Source of the DNA: Trypanosoma brucei
Taxonomy: Eukaryota
Length of the DNA stretch: 64,000 nucleotides
Assembly: GCA_000002445.1 (NCBI GenBank)
Contig: CM000208.1
Span: forward strand, 896,001 to 960,000
Direction of reading: 5' to 3'
In this document: positions 21,103 through 31,724 of the stretch, piece after piece
Position numbering within the stretch: position 1 is the stretch's first letter
How the letters are laid out: each line of letters begins with the position of its first letter
The notes under the pieces: generated by a model
The model's database searches: none
What the model saw: only the letters and a program-made list of their open reading frames with translations
What the model was told of the DNA's origin: nothing
Program-made: the position numbers and the translations under genes

Positions 21103-24100
21103 ATGTATGCGGCTGGTCGCTTCACCGTCCCGTTTCCGTTCGAGCCATATCCGTTGCAACTCCACGCCATGGAAGCAATCCGGGAGGGTCTCTCAGCGGG
21201 TGATGTTGTTGTGCTCGAATCACCTACAGGAACAGGGAAAACACAAATTCTGCTCAATGGTGTACTTTCACATATGTTCGAACCTGTCGTTACTTCAGTA
21301 GAGCATGGGATTGCAGAAAGCCATGAAGTGACTGGGGAATCGCGCCCTACCGGGGAAGTGTGTGCGGATAGTGGAGATGGTTGCCCTTCTTTCGAAGAGC
21401 ATCGTAAGCATCAAAGGAAGCGGCGTAAAAGAGAACGGGAAAAGAGAAGGAAGGAGACGTTTAACTTTGGTGGCACAAGCAGCTCAAGAGATCCGTTCCT
21501 GGTGGATCAGGATGTTCGCGAGGAGGCGCAAGAACTAAGTCGTTGTGGCGCTTTAGCAGATTGTCTGTCATCTTCATCTTCATCACGCTCATCCTCAGTG
21601 TCTCATCTGGGGGGCGAGGGAGATAAATCCGATGAAGATGTTGAAGTACAGCCTCTGAGGAAACCAAAGGTGTATTTCTCTAGTCGTACTCACACACAGT
21701 TGCAACAAGTCACAGACGAGTTGCGCCGGACCGTCTTTTGTCAGAATCTTGTCCGACGGCGTTCATGCAACTCTGTTGAAAAAGATGGCCTCGCTTCAAA
21801 GGTCTTTGAGGATGCACATAAATCTCCGTTTGTGGAACCGCGGAAACTCCGTTATGTACATGTGGCCGGGAGACAGCAACTGTGTCTTAATGCGTCTCTG
21901 AAGGCCGCTGCCGGTGGGAGCAATGAACGACTCAATGAACTATGCTTGGAGGCTATGGCGTACGAATACTCGAAGGAGGGCAAGACAGCGCGGAAACAGA
22001 AACTGCAGAGGGGCTGCGCAGATTCCTCTCTACCTGACATTGAAGATAGTTTGGGTTCGAGCACCGTTAGCAGAAGGGGTTGTGGCTACTGTCAGAAGGA
22101 GAAGCTTAAAATTCTCCGCGATTACGTGAATATTGAACCTCGCGACCTATCGCAGATGCGGGAACTGGGTCAGCGAGTCGGTGCTTGTCCGTTTCTCGTT
22201 ACACGTGAGGTTCTTCGTGGGGCGGACGTTGTGTTTATCCCGTATAGTTATCTCGTTTCATCAGAGATGCGCAATGCGCTGCTTGCGGGAAATGCAACAA
22301 ACGAGCACCCTACTGATTTAACACCTCAAACACAAGTTGTATCGCAAGGACTAAGTTCCACATGCAGAGCAGGTTCAACAAGTACACATAGTAGTTACCC
22401 TACGGTGCCCTCCAAGCAACGATGGGAAATCCAAAATGGGAGACGAGTCCCGATACTACCTCCTGATTTCAGCGGTGACGTGATTGTTGTCGATGAGGCA
22501 CATAACCTTGTGGATTACTGTCGTAATGTGACGACAGCAGAGGTAACATTGCCGGAGTTACAAGTGATACGTCGGCTGCTAGACGGATACCGCCTGCGGT
22601 ACGAAAAGAGACTACTAACTAGGAACAAACAACGTCTTCGTGAAATGGTGGCATTTGTTGACAAACTTGCACAACACTTACAGGAAGCAGGGAAGAAATC
22701 CACCCCAACTGCAACGGCAAGCACCTTTATTAACTTCACATTTGATGCTGAAGTTGATACTGTGAATGTCCACCTCTTTCTTAGTTTCTTGGATGAGAGT
22801 CGATTACTACCAAAGTTGCACGGTCTCCTGGCGCAAATGGTCGCGCAAGTGGAGGCGCAGATTAGCCAACCCTCAGGGAAGACAACGAAGTGGCGCCCAA
22901 CGTCATCATATAGCGATGAGAATATTTGTTCGGATACCACAAATGAATATGCTGACCCAATTGAGGCGCTTTTGCATTCACCGGCTGAGGATCGCCGATC
23001 GATAGCAGCCACGCTGTATCGTTTTGAAACGTTTCTACGGTGGTATGGACTATCTGACGAGTACACACGCGTGATACTAAGGCGTTTGCCCTCTGAAAAC
23101 GGCAGCAGGGAAATGTGCAGGGTTACGTTAGAGTTGCTACAACTGGAATTGGGAACGCACACGATGTTCCCTGTGCTTCAGCAGGCCCACGCCGCCGTGT
23201 TGGCGGGTGGGACGATGAAACCTCTTGCTCTAACTTGTGACCTTCTACTGAAGCAATCTGCACCAACTAAGGAGTTATCGGTGCTAAAAAACATTAGTTC
23301 TCTGCCGTGTGGAACCAGGGAAGAAGAGGCTGGCGAACAAGCTAAGAAAATTCGTTTCACAGAAGAAGGACATGTAGTTCCACCATCGTCCATAGCAGTG
23401 TTTACGTTGGCAACCGGGCCGGGTGGACAGCGTTTGGAATTTCAGCATGCTCGACGGCAGTCATGGCCAAAGATTTTTGAAGGTGTTGGTACAGCGCTTC
23501 TCAACTTTTGCCGAGTAATCCCCGCGGGAATGATAGTTTTCTTTACTTCATACGAGATAGAGGAACTTTTTGTTAATACCATTCGCAGTTCCGGTATGTA
23601 CGATACGATCAACGCAGTGAAGCGAATATTTCGGGAACCCGGGTCCGCTAGGAATGCAAGTTCTACTCCCGGTTACAGCAGTGGGTGTCAAGCCGCGGCC
23701 TCCACAACTGTTGATTCGATGCTTGAAGAGTACGCCTCATGGATTCGCTCAGAACGCTCATCTGGAGCACTTCTATTCGCCGTAATTGGGGGTAAGTTAT
23801 CGGAAGGCATTAATTTCAATGATGATCTTGGACGCGCTGTTGTTGTTGTGGGTCTTCCCTACGCCAATATCAGCGAGGTGGATCTGCAACTGCACCTTCG
23901 ACATGTGGCGGACACGCGGGTGAGAACTTTATTACCATCCTCTGCTAACATTGCTACGGGGAGCATTACCACCGATAGCACTGACCAGGTTACGGTTGTA
24001 CCTGATGGAGAATTTCCGGCATCACCATCCTCTGCAATGGAGTGGGGTTTATTGACAGACTTGTGCATGCGCTCCGTCAATCAAAGTATTGGGCGTTGCA

Positions 24101-24273
24101 TCCGTCACGCCTCTGACTACGCCGCTGTCATCCTACTGGATGCACGTTACGTTGAACGGAGAGACATACGTCGTCGTATTCCTTCATGGATGCAACCATC
24201 CATCCATGTTGCCCAAAACTTTGGCGACTGCTTCCGCCGTGTTCGGGATTTTTTTATCGAGCGGCGGAAGTGA
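21103..24273 (+). CDS. CHL1: XPD-family Fe-S DNA helicase of the DDX11/CHL1 (ChlR1) type.
   Basis: The N-terminus FPFEPYPLQLHAMEAIREGLSAGDVVVLESPTGTGKT parallels DDX11 FPFTPYSIQEDFM...ESPTGTGKS. Motif II is VVDEAHNL (DEAH). Cys residues sit at Fe-S-cluster positions (CGYC...ACPF). The C-terminus SIGRCIRHASDYAAVILLDARY parallels [22 protein letters not shown]. The track start at 21070 is TTG; the ATG is at 21103. Confidence 0.8.
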   Translation: MYAAGRFTVPFPFEPYPLQLHAMEAIREGLSAGDVVVLESPTGTGKTQILLNGVLSHMFEPVVTSVEHGIAESHEVTGESRPTGEVCADSGDGCPSFEEHRKHQRKRRKREREKRRKETFNFGGTSSSRDPFLVDQDVREEAQELSRCGALADCLSSSSSSRSSSVSHLGGEGDKSDEDVEVQPLRKPKVYFSSRTHTQLQQVTDELRRTVFCQNLVRRRSCNSVEKDGLASKVFEDAHKSPFVEPRKLRYVHVAGRQQLCLNASLKAAAGGSNERLNELCLEAMAYEYSKEGKTARKQKLQRGCADSSLPDIEDSLGSSTVSRRGCGYCQKEKLKILRDYVNIEPRDLSQMRELGQRVGACPFLVTREVLRGADVVFIPYSYLVSSEMRNALLAGNATNEHPTDLTPQTQVVSQGLSSTCRAGSTSTHSSYPTVPSKQRWEIQNGRRVPILPPDFSGDVIVVDEAHNLVDYCRNVTTAEVTLPELQVIRRLLDGYRLRYEKRLLTRNKQRLREMVAFVDKLAQHLQEAGKKSTPTATASTFINFTFDAEVDTVNVHLFLSFLDESRLLPKLHGLLAQMVAQVEAQISQPSGKTTKWRPTSSYSDENICSDTTNEYADPIEALLHSPAEDRRSIAATLYRFETFLRWYGLSDEYTRVILRRLPSENGSREMCRVTLELLQLELGTHTMFPVLQQAHAAVLAGGTMKPLALTCDLLLKQSAPTKELSVLKNISSLPCGTREEEAGEQAKKIRFTEEGHVVPPSSIAVFTLATGPGGQRLEFQHARRQSWPKIFEGVGTALLNFCRVIPAGMIVFFTSYEIEELFVNTIRSSGMYDTINAVKRIFREPGSARNASSTPGYSSGCQAAASTTVDSMLEEYASWIRSERSSGALLFAVIGGKLSEGINFNDDLGRAVVVVGLPYANISEVDLQLHLRHVADTRVRTLLPSSANIATGSITTDSTDQVTVVPDGEFPASPSSAMEWGLLTDLCMRSVNQSIGRCIRHASDYAAVILLDARYVERRDIRRRIPSWMQPSIHVAQNFGDCFRRVRDFFIERRK

Positions 24274-25067
24274 CGAATCAATGTTGTGTTTGATGGGGAG
24301 GAGGGTTGCCTGAACCGGGTGAGGTGGATGACGTCTCTGCACATTTTTTTTTCTTACTTCTTCCTGGCGGTTTGTTGTGCTAATTTGTGCGTGCGTGTCT
24401 CCTTCACTTAAGTGTGTTTTGACGATGAATACGTTACTTTTTCCTTAAATTTTTTGCATCGAAGCGGAAGTGAATAAAGGCGTCGGGGATTTGTTGCGCA
24501 CACACATTGGTTCTCGACTTCCTTCGCCCCTCGGTTACCTGAGCGGTGTAGGTGGAGGAAGGGTACAGCGAAATGGAAATCTCTCGTAGCAGCTGTGCTA
24601 AGAGATTTGTAATAGTTTTTTTTTGTGTGTGTCATGGTTTTTCATTAGTATCTATTTCACATACCTGCTTTCGCAGGTAAACTTTTTGAAATCTGTATCA
24701 TACTTGCATCTCTTTTTTTTTTTTTGTAATCAATCAGCCACAGTTGTGTTCACCTTTTTTAATAACTACTGTGACGACATATAAGTTATCGCACCACAAC
24801 TGCATGTGCTCAGCAATGGCAGGTTCTTTTTGAGGGTGGTAAAATTTTTGGCGGTTGATTATATTTTGTTTGTTGCGAATAACGTTGTTTTTGTGAGATG
24901 CGTCGCACTCTTTGTTTTTATCTGTAAAACGTATGCAACAGTTTTTTTTTTTAACCTTGATACTTCTCAAAAAAGGGGGGGAGGACGATTACGAAGTTTA
25001 CGTGCGGTCGATTAGGACGGACGAGATATTCGGAACGAGAGCAGGATTAAAAGGTGTAAAAATTGAG

Positions 25068-26237
25068 ATGTCACCGAAGAAAAACTCGGCATCGCGACCA
25101 TCAAATAACGGTGGAGGCGGAAAAACAGGGGGAGGAAACGGCAATGTCAGTCACAGAACTGACAACGAACAGAGCGGGAATAATTTATCGGAGCGCATTA
25201 TCGCCAATGAATCCCTCCTTGCAACAGAAAGTGAGAGGCATGCCACCTCTAAAAGTCTTTATGGGGATTGCACTGCACGAATATCAGGGAATCTATCCTG
25301 TATTCACGATCGTGTCCGACTGCGAGCATACGAGTCTGTACTGAGGAGTATCAAAGGCAAATCTGTATTGCACTTGGGGTGCGGAATGGGGTTGGTTTCC
25401 ATGATTGCAGCGCGAAGCCTCGCCTCCGCTGTTGTTGCAGTGGACCGTTCCGCAATTGTAGACGCCGCGCAAGTGGTGGCGAAGAAAAATGGGTTAAACA
25501 ATATTAGTTTCTTCCGGGGTGCTCTTGTGGACGTTGTTCAAAACTTTCCCGTGCGGCAGTTTGACGTCATCATCTGTGAATGGATGGGACCATTCTTGAT
25601 CAATGACCCACTGCTAGAAGAGGCTCTTTATGCCCGTAATAATTTACTCGCGAGCAACGGTGTTATGTGTCCTGACAGTTCATCCATTCACGTTGTCGGC
25701 GTCAGTGATTATTGTTTTCACATGGATACCGTGGAATTCTGGGGTAACGTATATGGTTTCAAGATGGAACCGATGAAAGCACTTGTGCAACGGGAGGTGG
25801 AGATGTGTCGTGTCCCCACCTCTAGTATCGTTACCACTACGTGTCTTGCCCACACAGTCAATATCGCATCGATTAACAATTTGGATGATAAATCGAGTTT
25901 GAACGATTTTGTGGTGCCCTTCAGCGTGCGAGCAACCAAAGACACGACGGTTAACTTTCTCACATTTTACATAGACGCCCGTTTCACCAACCCTCACGAT
26001 CCCGGTGCTAATTTTGTGTTGGGCGTCCGTCCAGGTGGCACCAATCCGTGGACGGAAACGAGTGTTGCTCTTCATGAACCCCTTCCACTGAAGGGTGGCG
26101 AAGTGTTGAGCGGTGAGTTGAAGGTGTGTTTGTTGAACCCAACTCGGGGAATTACAACCGTAGAGGTGACCGCACGCACGTCTGGTAATGTTGTAAACAT
26201 TGAGACAAAAGGCACGTACAACTACCAAAGGTATTGA
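25068..26237 (+). CDS. PRMT3: Protein arginine methyltransferase family member with degenerate catalytic loops. It is probably the inactive PRMT prozyme (TbPRMT3 / PRMT1-PRO-like).
   Basis: The class I SAM-MTase motif I VLHLGCGMGLVS is encoded at 25365-25400. The double-E loop reads CEWMGPFLINDPLLEE (second Glu replaced by Asp). The THW loop is replaced by NPW. The track start at 24912 is TTG and the T-run at 24942-24952 lies inside the track ORF, so I place the start at ATG 25068. Confidence 0.7.
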   Translation: MSPKKNSASRPSNNGGGGKTGGGNGNVSHRTDNEQSGNNLSERIIANESLLATESERHATSKSLYGDCTARISGNLSCIHDRVRLRAYESVLRSIKGKSVLHLGCGMGLVSMIAARSLASAVVAVDRSAIVDAAQVVAKKNGLNNISFFRGALVDVVQNFPVRQFDVIICEWMGPFLINDPLLEEALYARNNLLASNGVMCPDSSSIHVVGVSDYCFHMDTVEFWGNVYGFKMEPMKALVQREVEMCRVPTSSIVTTTCLAHTVNIASINNLDDKSSLNDFVVPFSVRATKDTTVNFLTFYIDARFTNPHDPGANFVLGVRPGGTNPWTETSVALHEPLPLKGGEVLSGELKVCLLNPTRGITTVEVTARTSGNVVNIETKGTYNYQRY

Positions 26238-27571
26238 TGTGTTGTGCGGAGCGTCGTGAAATAGGTGGATCACCTTGGCCGTTTGCACTTGCACTAAATT
26301 TCATGGAGGAGGCAAATGCAATACCCGTTTTTACGCACCGTGGTCAAGGTGTGTGGAATAACAAAACACAGGTGGAAGAGTTTTTTTTAAAAAAAGGAAT
26401 GAGTGCGTTCAGACGCACATACATGTGTCCGTGGTTGCGGGGAGCGGGTAAGAACGATGATGATGATAATAATAATAATGGTAATAATAAGTAACGGTAT
26501 CCAAACGAGGGATTACTTTCTTGTAAAAGGTGTAATCTACAACGCGTGTATGGGGGTATTTAGCCTTAACAAGGCGTGAAATGGGGGAAATTGGGCGAAG
26601 GGGGACAGGCGAGTCGTGTGCAAGAACATGTTTTTGTGAATCAAATGAGAGAAGCAATGTCCTCACAGACTGTAGATTACCAACCGGTTTGTATGTTTGC
26701 TGCGTGGCAGCGTCTGTTTGTCTGCTTCTTTTTTTTTTTGTATCACTTTCCTTCCGTGTCTTTCCCCGTGAAACGGAGCGGGTACCTATGGATGGAAGAG
26801 TGTAGGGTAAGTAAATGAACGGAAATAGTTGAACACTGCAAATAGGATCAGTAATAACAACGCGATGTGTGGTGAAAGAGAGGAGGAGCACGTGGAAAAA
26901 TAACAATAATAACACTCACAAACTTAAAAGAAGAGAAATGAGGTTACAAAGGGTCTTTTTTTTTTTTGAGGAAAGCACTCTTATAACCCACAAAGATGTC
27001 GAAATAACCGACTTACAACCAGTGATATGAGCAAAAAGAGGGATATGGGGGAAAATATGAACAAATGGGGTCTGAAAGGGAGCTGATGAGGTTGTTTCTG
27101 TGTACCCATTTGCAGTTTGTAGCTTCACCTTCTTCCTTTTGTTTGCACATATGTTGCCGTCGGTTGATGTTTGTTCAACTGCGCCGCGTTTGAAATCCGT
27201 TAACCTTGTGGAAAGGGAGGGCTAGTTTGCACTAATGTTGCTCTCTGATGTCCTCTGAAAAAAAAAAAAAGTGTAAAGAACTTGATGAGAAATCACGATC
27301 CTGGGAAAGGATTATGGGGGAGCAGGGAAGTAATTTGTTGTGTCACTCGGGGTCCTTTGGCAGTGTTGCGGTAGTGGCACATTTACTTGGTTTTACCTTT
27401 TCTGACTGTCGTACGAAGCTGTTTCTTTGGAACGGCCCCTGGTATAGCCATCACCAATTGCCAGCCAGCATAAATAAATGCTGGAAGCAACCGTCGGGAA
27501 AAAGCTAACAAACAGTTTCTCTGCTTCCTGTGCCCACATGTGTAAATACATACATATATATATGCGTATGA

Positions 27572-30358
27572 ATGCTTCTCTCCACTTGTGTGTTTTCCAC
27601 TATGACATGTAGTATACGCAAAAAAAAACCGCATATGTTGCGCCGCAGTCGCTTGCACCTGCTAGCGGACTACCGCACGTCGTCCAAGATATCAGATGAA
27701 TTTAACAACGTATTGAATCGGAGCGGATGGGGGTTTGATCATGTCGCCGTCGACGTCGGATCTCTCTCCGGCGCGGCAGGACGTTTGACACGCGACCTTA
27801 TTGGCCAGGAGCGCGATGCGGAAACGGTGAAAATTATTCACAAACAAATCACAAATGTAATTTTGCGTCGTATTCAACCGAAGAAGTCACTCGCAATTTT
27901 CATTGACGGAAGTGAGCCGTTATGGAAAGTGCGTCACATGCGGTTATATCCGGGAAAGAAATTTGAGGGAAAGTTCTACCGGAGTGCAGCGTCGCCCATG
28001 GTTTATTCGCTTGAAGACAAACTTCGTTGTGTGGGTCCGGATCTGCGGACACCACCAAAGGAGTTTATTGTAAGTGGACCGGCAGCACCGGGGCCGGTGG
28101 AGGCAAAACTCTCTGCGTGGATGCTTGACCTCGCGACCCGTGCACTTCCGGATGGAGCGGTAACGACCCCTACAGTTACCGGAGCGGCTGCGGCTGCTTC
28201 TGCCTCGGCAGGGCCACCTGAAGTAACATTCAACGACACATTTTGCCTCATTGGAGGTAATGATGCGTTTCTATCCGCCCTCGGCGCAACACCCTTTCAC
28301 AACATCACTACCGTAACACTTCAGCAAGGAGAGATGAAATCCCTTTCCTTGAGTGAGGCACTGGAGTGGTTTGCGATGGATCATCTACTGAAAGGCGAAA
28401 CATCAATCGGTTCTGGAGGGAATGAACTTCAGAAGAGGTTGGCTTCTGTACGCACAGACATTGTACTCCTGTACTTGATGGCGAATGGTATTAGCGCGAC
28501 AGATCTTCCCGGCCTGGGCGTGAACTTCAAGGATTTGATGGAAGCCTACACTGCAGAGGAGGCTAACAAACTCTACTTATTCGGGAAAACATCTGAAGAG
28601 CGATGTTTGCGGATGTGCCCCCTTAACCTTGAGCGTGTACTAACCCACGCTACTCGGAGGACATCAACACCGACTCGTTTTTGTCAGCAGTCCGCGGATT
28701 ACCTCGAGATTCTTCTACAAACCCACTCCATGATATGCGATGGAGGCATCAAGAATTTTCGGTGGACACCCAACGACAATGACGCCGTCCCGGAGAAGCA
28801 ACCTAAAATTCCCATTGAGCGCTTTATTGGTCATCTGAAACATCTGGCTGCGCAGGGCGGAGAAACCACCGCCGTCGCTGATGTCGGGAGCACTGAACCG
28901 GGTCTTGCTGCCTCCGTCGATTGGACATTTGCGCTGACAGGGATTGAGACACTGCTTTTGAGCGCCCCCAAGGCAGAAATGATCGATCAAATTATTCCCG
29001 TATTCACAAAAGGTCACACACTTCCCGATGGCGTTGCCCAGGATATCGTGGACACGAAGAACGTCGTGGAAGCTCTTCACAAAGTGCGTCGTGTGCTACA
29101 GGTTGTTGTGACAAGCGACAACAGTGGTAATGATGACGGCAGAATAGAGCACCCAGCCTTTAACCACTATCCGACTCACTACTTTGTGCGGACCCCAGGT
29201 TCCCGCGGGCCCCCTCCTGGGTGGACGTACAAAAGTGTCAATCTGGGGGTGCGAGCCGTCGCTCTTGGCGTGAGGCACCGTGTCGCTTCGGGAATGTTGA
29301 CGGCGGCTTCTCGAGTGCTTGACAGTGGTGGCGTCTCCTCCAAGAATTCTCTCTTTGTATTTCATGTGAAGGACGGTATAACAACCCCCAGTGGCGGGGG
29401 AAACGAGGATGGCTGGTTAGAGACACCGTGCCATGAGCTGGCTGGCTCCTCTGCAAACCCAGCATCCAAGGAGATTTCAACGCTTCGGGTGGTAACCTGG
29501 AACGTGCAGTTTAGTCGTCACAGTGGCGAGCGGACGCCGTTAGGGCGTGATGGAATTGATTGGTGCACTTCAACAAGGTACGTGGCACTCGCCCAAACAT
29601 TGGAGGGGCTTGACGCTGATGTTATTGGTATGCAGGAAGTAGAGCCAGCATGGTGCAAGTATCTGTCGCAACAACCGTGGGTACGGGAGAAGTATGCCAT
29701 GACTTGCTGTGAGCATAGTCACGCCATTCAACCTTGGGGAGTCATGTTACTCGTTAGACGGTCACTCTGCGTAACGTCTACACACCACGCAAATGTTCCC
29801 GCTTTTTCAGGACATACGAGTGTGATGCCGGAAGTCACAGTGGTTGTGTCTGAAGGTGTTCCGGTGACGGTGGGTTCGATGCACCTTCTTGCTCCTTATA
29901 ACCAGAACAACATCAGTAACCGCACAACTCAACTCGACAATTTAACGAAACGACTACGCACGCGACCCCCTATTAACGGTAAGCAAGCAGGATTAATTGT
30001 TATGGGTGATTTTAATGACTGCGCGAAGAATTACTTCACCTTTCCCCCGGAAATGGGCTTTAAAGACGCTTGGTTACTTCTTCACCCCGATGAAGGTGTG
30101 AGCAGCAAATCAGGCCACACCATTGATGGCGACCGAAATCCTTACGCCGCACAGATTATTGAGAAAGAATTCTATGGACGCGCGGACCGAGTATTGTTTT
30201 CCTCTCGAAACTTACAACCTATTCAAACTGAGATTATTGGGACGACCTCTGTCCGTGAGATGGGGATCACAAAACAGGTGGACATTGACAAGGACGTTCC
30301 GGAGTATTTGTACCCGTCTGACCATTTCGGTCTCCTTGTTGAGTTTCAGGTGGTTTAG
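27572..30358 (+). CDS. Two-domain putative nuclease/phosphodiesterase. The N-terminus is a PIN/FEN1/XPG-N-like fold. The C-terminus is an endonuclease/exonuclease/phosphatase (EEP) domain of the TDP2 (5'-tyrosyl-DNA phosphodiesterase) type.
   Basis: C-terminal EEP motifs: VVTWNVQF, GMQEVEP, LIVMGDFND, and ADRVLF...PSDHFGLLVEF. The last aligns with TDP2 FDRIFF...PSDHWGLLCNL. The N-terminus HVAVDVGS...ILRRIQPKKSLAIFIDGSEPLWKVRHMRLYPGKK resembles XPG/FEN1 N-domain blocks (ILAVDISIW...FRIRPIFVFDGDAPLLKK). An alternative start is ATG 27635. Confidence 0.65.
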   Translation: MLLSTCVFSTMTCSIRKKKPHMLRRSRLHLLADYRTSSKISDEFNNVLNRSGWGFDHVAVDVGSLSGAAGRLTRDLIGQERDAETVKIIHKQITNVILRRIQPKKSLAIFIDGSEPLWKVRHMRLYPGKKFEGKFYRSAASPMVYSLEDKLRCVGPDLRTPPKEFIVSGPAAPGPVEAKLSAWMLDLATRALPDGAVTTPTVTGAAAAASASAGPPEVTFNDTFCLIGGNDAFLSALGATPFHNITTVTLQQGEMKSLSLSEALEWFAMDHLLKGETSIGSGGNELQKRLASVRTDIVLLYLMANGISATDLPGLGVNFKDLMEAYTAEEANKLYLFGKTSEERCLRMCPLNLERVLTHATRRTSTPTRFCQQSADYLEILLQTHSMICDGGIKNFRWTPNDNDAVPEKQPKIPIERFIGHLKHLAAQGGETTAVADVGSTEPGLAASVDWTFALTGIETLLLSAPKAEMIDQIIPVFTKGHTLPDGVAQDIVDTKNVVEALHKVRRVLQVVVTSDNSGNDDGRIEHPAFNHYPTHYFVRTPGSRGPPPGWTYKSVNLGVRAVALGVRHRVASGMLTAASRVLDSGGVSSKNSLFVFHVKDGITTPSGGGNEDGWLETPCHELAGSSANPASKEISTLRVVTWNVQFSRHSGERTPLGRDGIDWCTSTRYVALAQTLEGLDADVIGMQEVEPAWCKYLSQQPWVREKYAMTCCEHSHAIQPWGVMLLVRRSLCVTSTHHANVPAFSGHTSVMPEVTVVVSEGVPVTVGSMHLLAPYNQNNISNRTTQLDNLTKRLRTRPPINGKQAGLIVMGDFNDCAKNYFTFPPEMGFKDAWLLLHPDEGVSSKSGHTIDGDRNPYAAQIIEKEFYGRADRVLFSSRNLQPIQTEIIGTTSVREMGITKQVDIDKDVPEYLYPSDHFGLLVEFQVV

Positions 30359-30749
30359 CCCTCGGCATCCCGCTCACTGCCATTTGTGACCTTTCCGCTC
30401 TTCACATCGAATACCGATTTGAGTCCCCCCACATAGCAAGGTTTTAGGGCGGCAAAGTTGTTCAACGGGAGGGAAAGCTGTATTGTTTGTCTAAAAGTAG
30501 TCACTGAGCGGCTACACGTGTAAAACTGTAAGGTGGTGCATGCGTCTTGGCGACTATGACTCCACACATCAGATATTAAGATCTTATCATTTCACACTCG
30601 AGTTGAGGCTCTATTTTCCCCTTTTACCCCTATGTTTGTTTCGTTCACGATACTTTGTGGTTGCTCAAAGTGGCAACTGCACACGGTCTAGGAATAAGGA
30701 AAAGCCACTTGTCCCACCCTGTTCACTTTTCTTCCTCTCGATTTGCGCC

Positions 30750-31724
30750 ATGTCGTTTCGCTATACGAACAACTTAATAGGTGCTCTGAAGCATCGGCTA
30801 CTTTTGGAGAGCTCCTACCGCGAGATTGCAAGTAGGAAGTTCATCGGTAATTGCAGGGGTGTGGAAGTTGTTTGTAGTGGCTACGGCACTGTTCTTGCTG
30901 TCCAACTAACTGACAAGGCCGTGTGGGAGCCTTTTTATCGTAAGGGTGGTCGACCCACTGTTTCGGGCGGAGGTGATGTTAGTGGCGATGCGGAGACGGG
31001 AACACAAGGATCCGCAACCACCACAGGGGCTACAGGGTCACTGGATTTGGACAAGTTAGCGGAGAGCATAAAAACCGCTTTGTGGGATGCCACGCGGAAA
31101 ATACGGTCAGCGAAGGAAGCAGCACTGCATCGAAGTCTTTCCCATAACACGCGAATGCGGGCATCGGCCGACCTGAAGCACTGGTATGAAGAGGATGCGA
31201 ACACTCTCCGTCCGTTGGCATTCGAAGCGTTGAAGCATGAAGCTGCTACCCCATGGATGCAGCTCGTTCAACACGGAAAGAAGGAGGAGGCGGCTGCGCT
31301 ACTGAAAGAATTCGAACAAAAGGGGGACGCAGCAGAAGCGACACCAACCCGAGTTAAAGACGACAGAGTTAAGGGAACCCGGACGGAATTGAGTAACCGA
31401 GAGCAACCTCCCCTCGCATCCACGTTGAAGGCTGAGGATAGCAACCCAGCGACGATACCAATTGGATCCGTTCACCCACTGTTCACTCCCGCCCTCGTTC
31501 AAATAGAAGAGGCTGGAAGCGGCTCCGTGAGCAATGAAGCCGTTTGCCGCGCGCAGTTGTGGGAGCTTTCGCGTGATGAGCAATTGTTCTGGGAACGTGT
31601 TGAGCTTATTCGCAAGGGCCAGGTCGCCTCCATTGGTAGCAGCCACAAACGCGGTTACGCGGACGAAGCGGCATTTGCCAAGGACGACACAGAAGAAAAA
31701 GTGCAACTCCGGTTTACGCAGTAG
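30750..31724 (+). CDS. Hypothetical protein (324 aa).
   Basis: In-frame ATG at 30750 after the pyrimidine tract 30700-30740. The track ORF begins earlier at a non-ATG codon. No recognisable domain. Confidence 0.45.
   Translation: MSFRYTNNLIGALKHRLLLESSYREIASRKFIGNCRGVEVVCSGYGTVLAVQLTDKAVWEPFYRKGGRPTVSGGGDVSGDAETGTQGSATTTGATGSLDLDKLAESIKTALWDATRKIRSAKEAALHRSLSHNTRMRASADLKHWYEEDANTLRPLAFEALKHEAATPWMQLVQHGKKEEAAALLKEFEQKGDAAEATPTRVKDDRVKGTRTELSNREQPPLASTLKAEDSNPATIPIGSVHPLFTPALVQIEEAGSGSVSNEAVCRAQLWELSRDEQLFWERVELIRKGQVASIGSSHKRGYADEAAFAKDDTEEKVQLRFTQ

Noticed and set aside
22515-23162. 215-aa minus-strand ORF antisense to the helicase gene. Similar long antisense ORFs occur at 34647-35393, 9791-10487, 3414-4040 and 28715-29080.
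   Set aside because: They lie entirely inside confidently identified sense-strand genes. They are Ser/Arg/Cys-rich, as expected from reverse-frame translation. Overlapping antisense genes are not a feature of trypanosome polycistrons.
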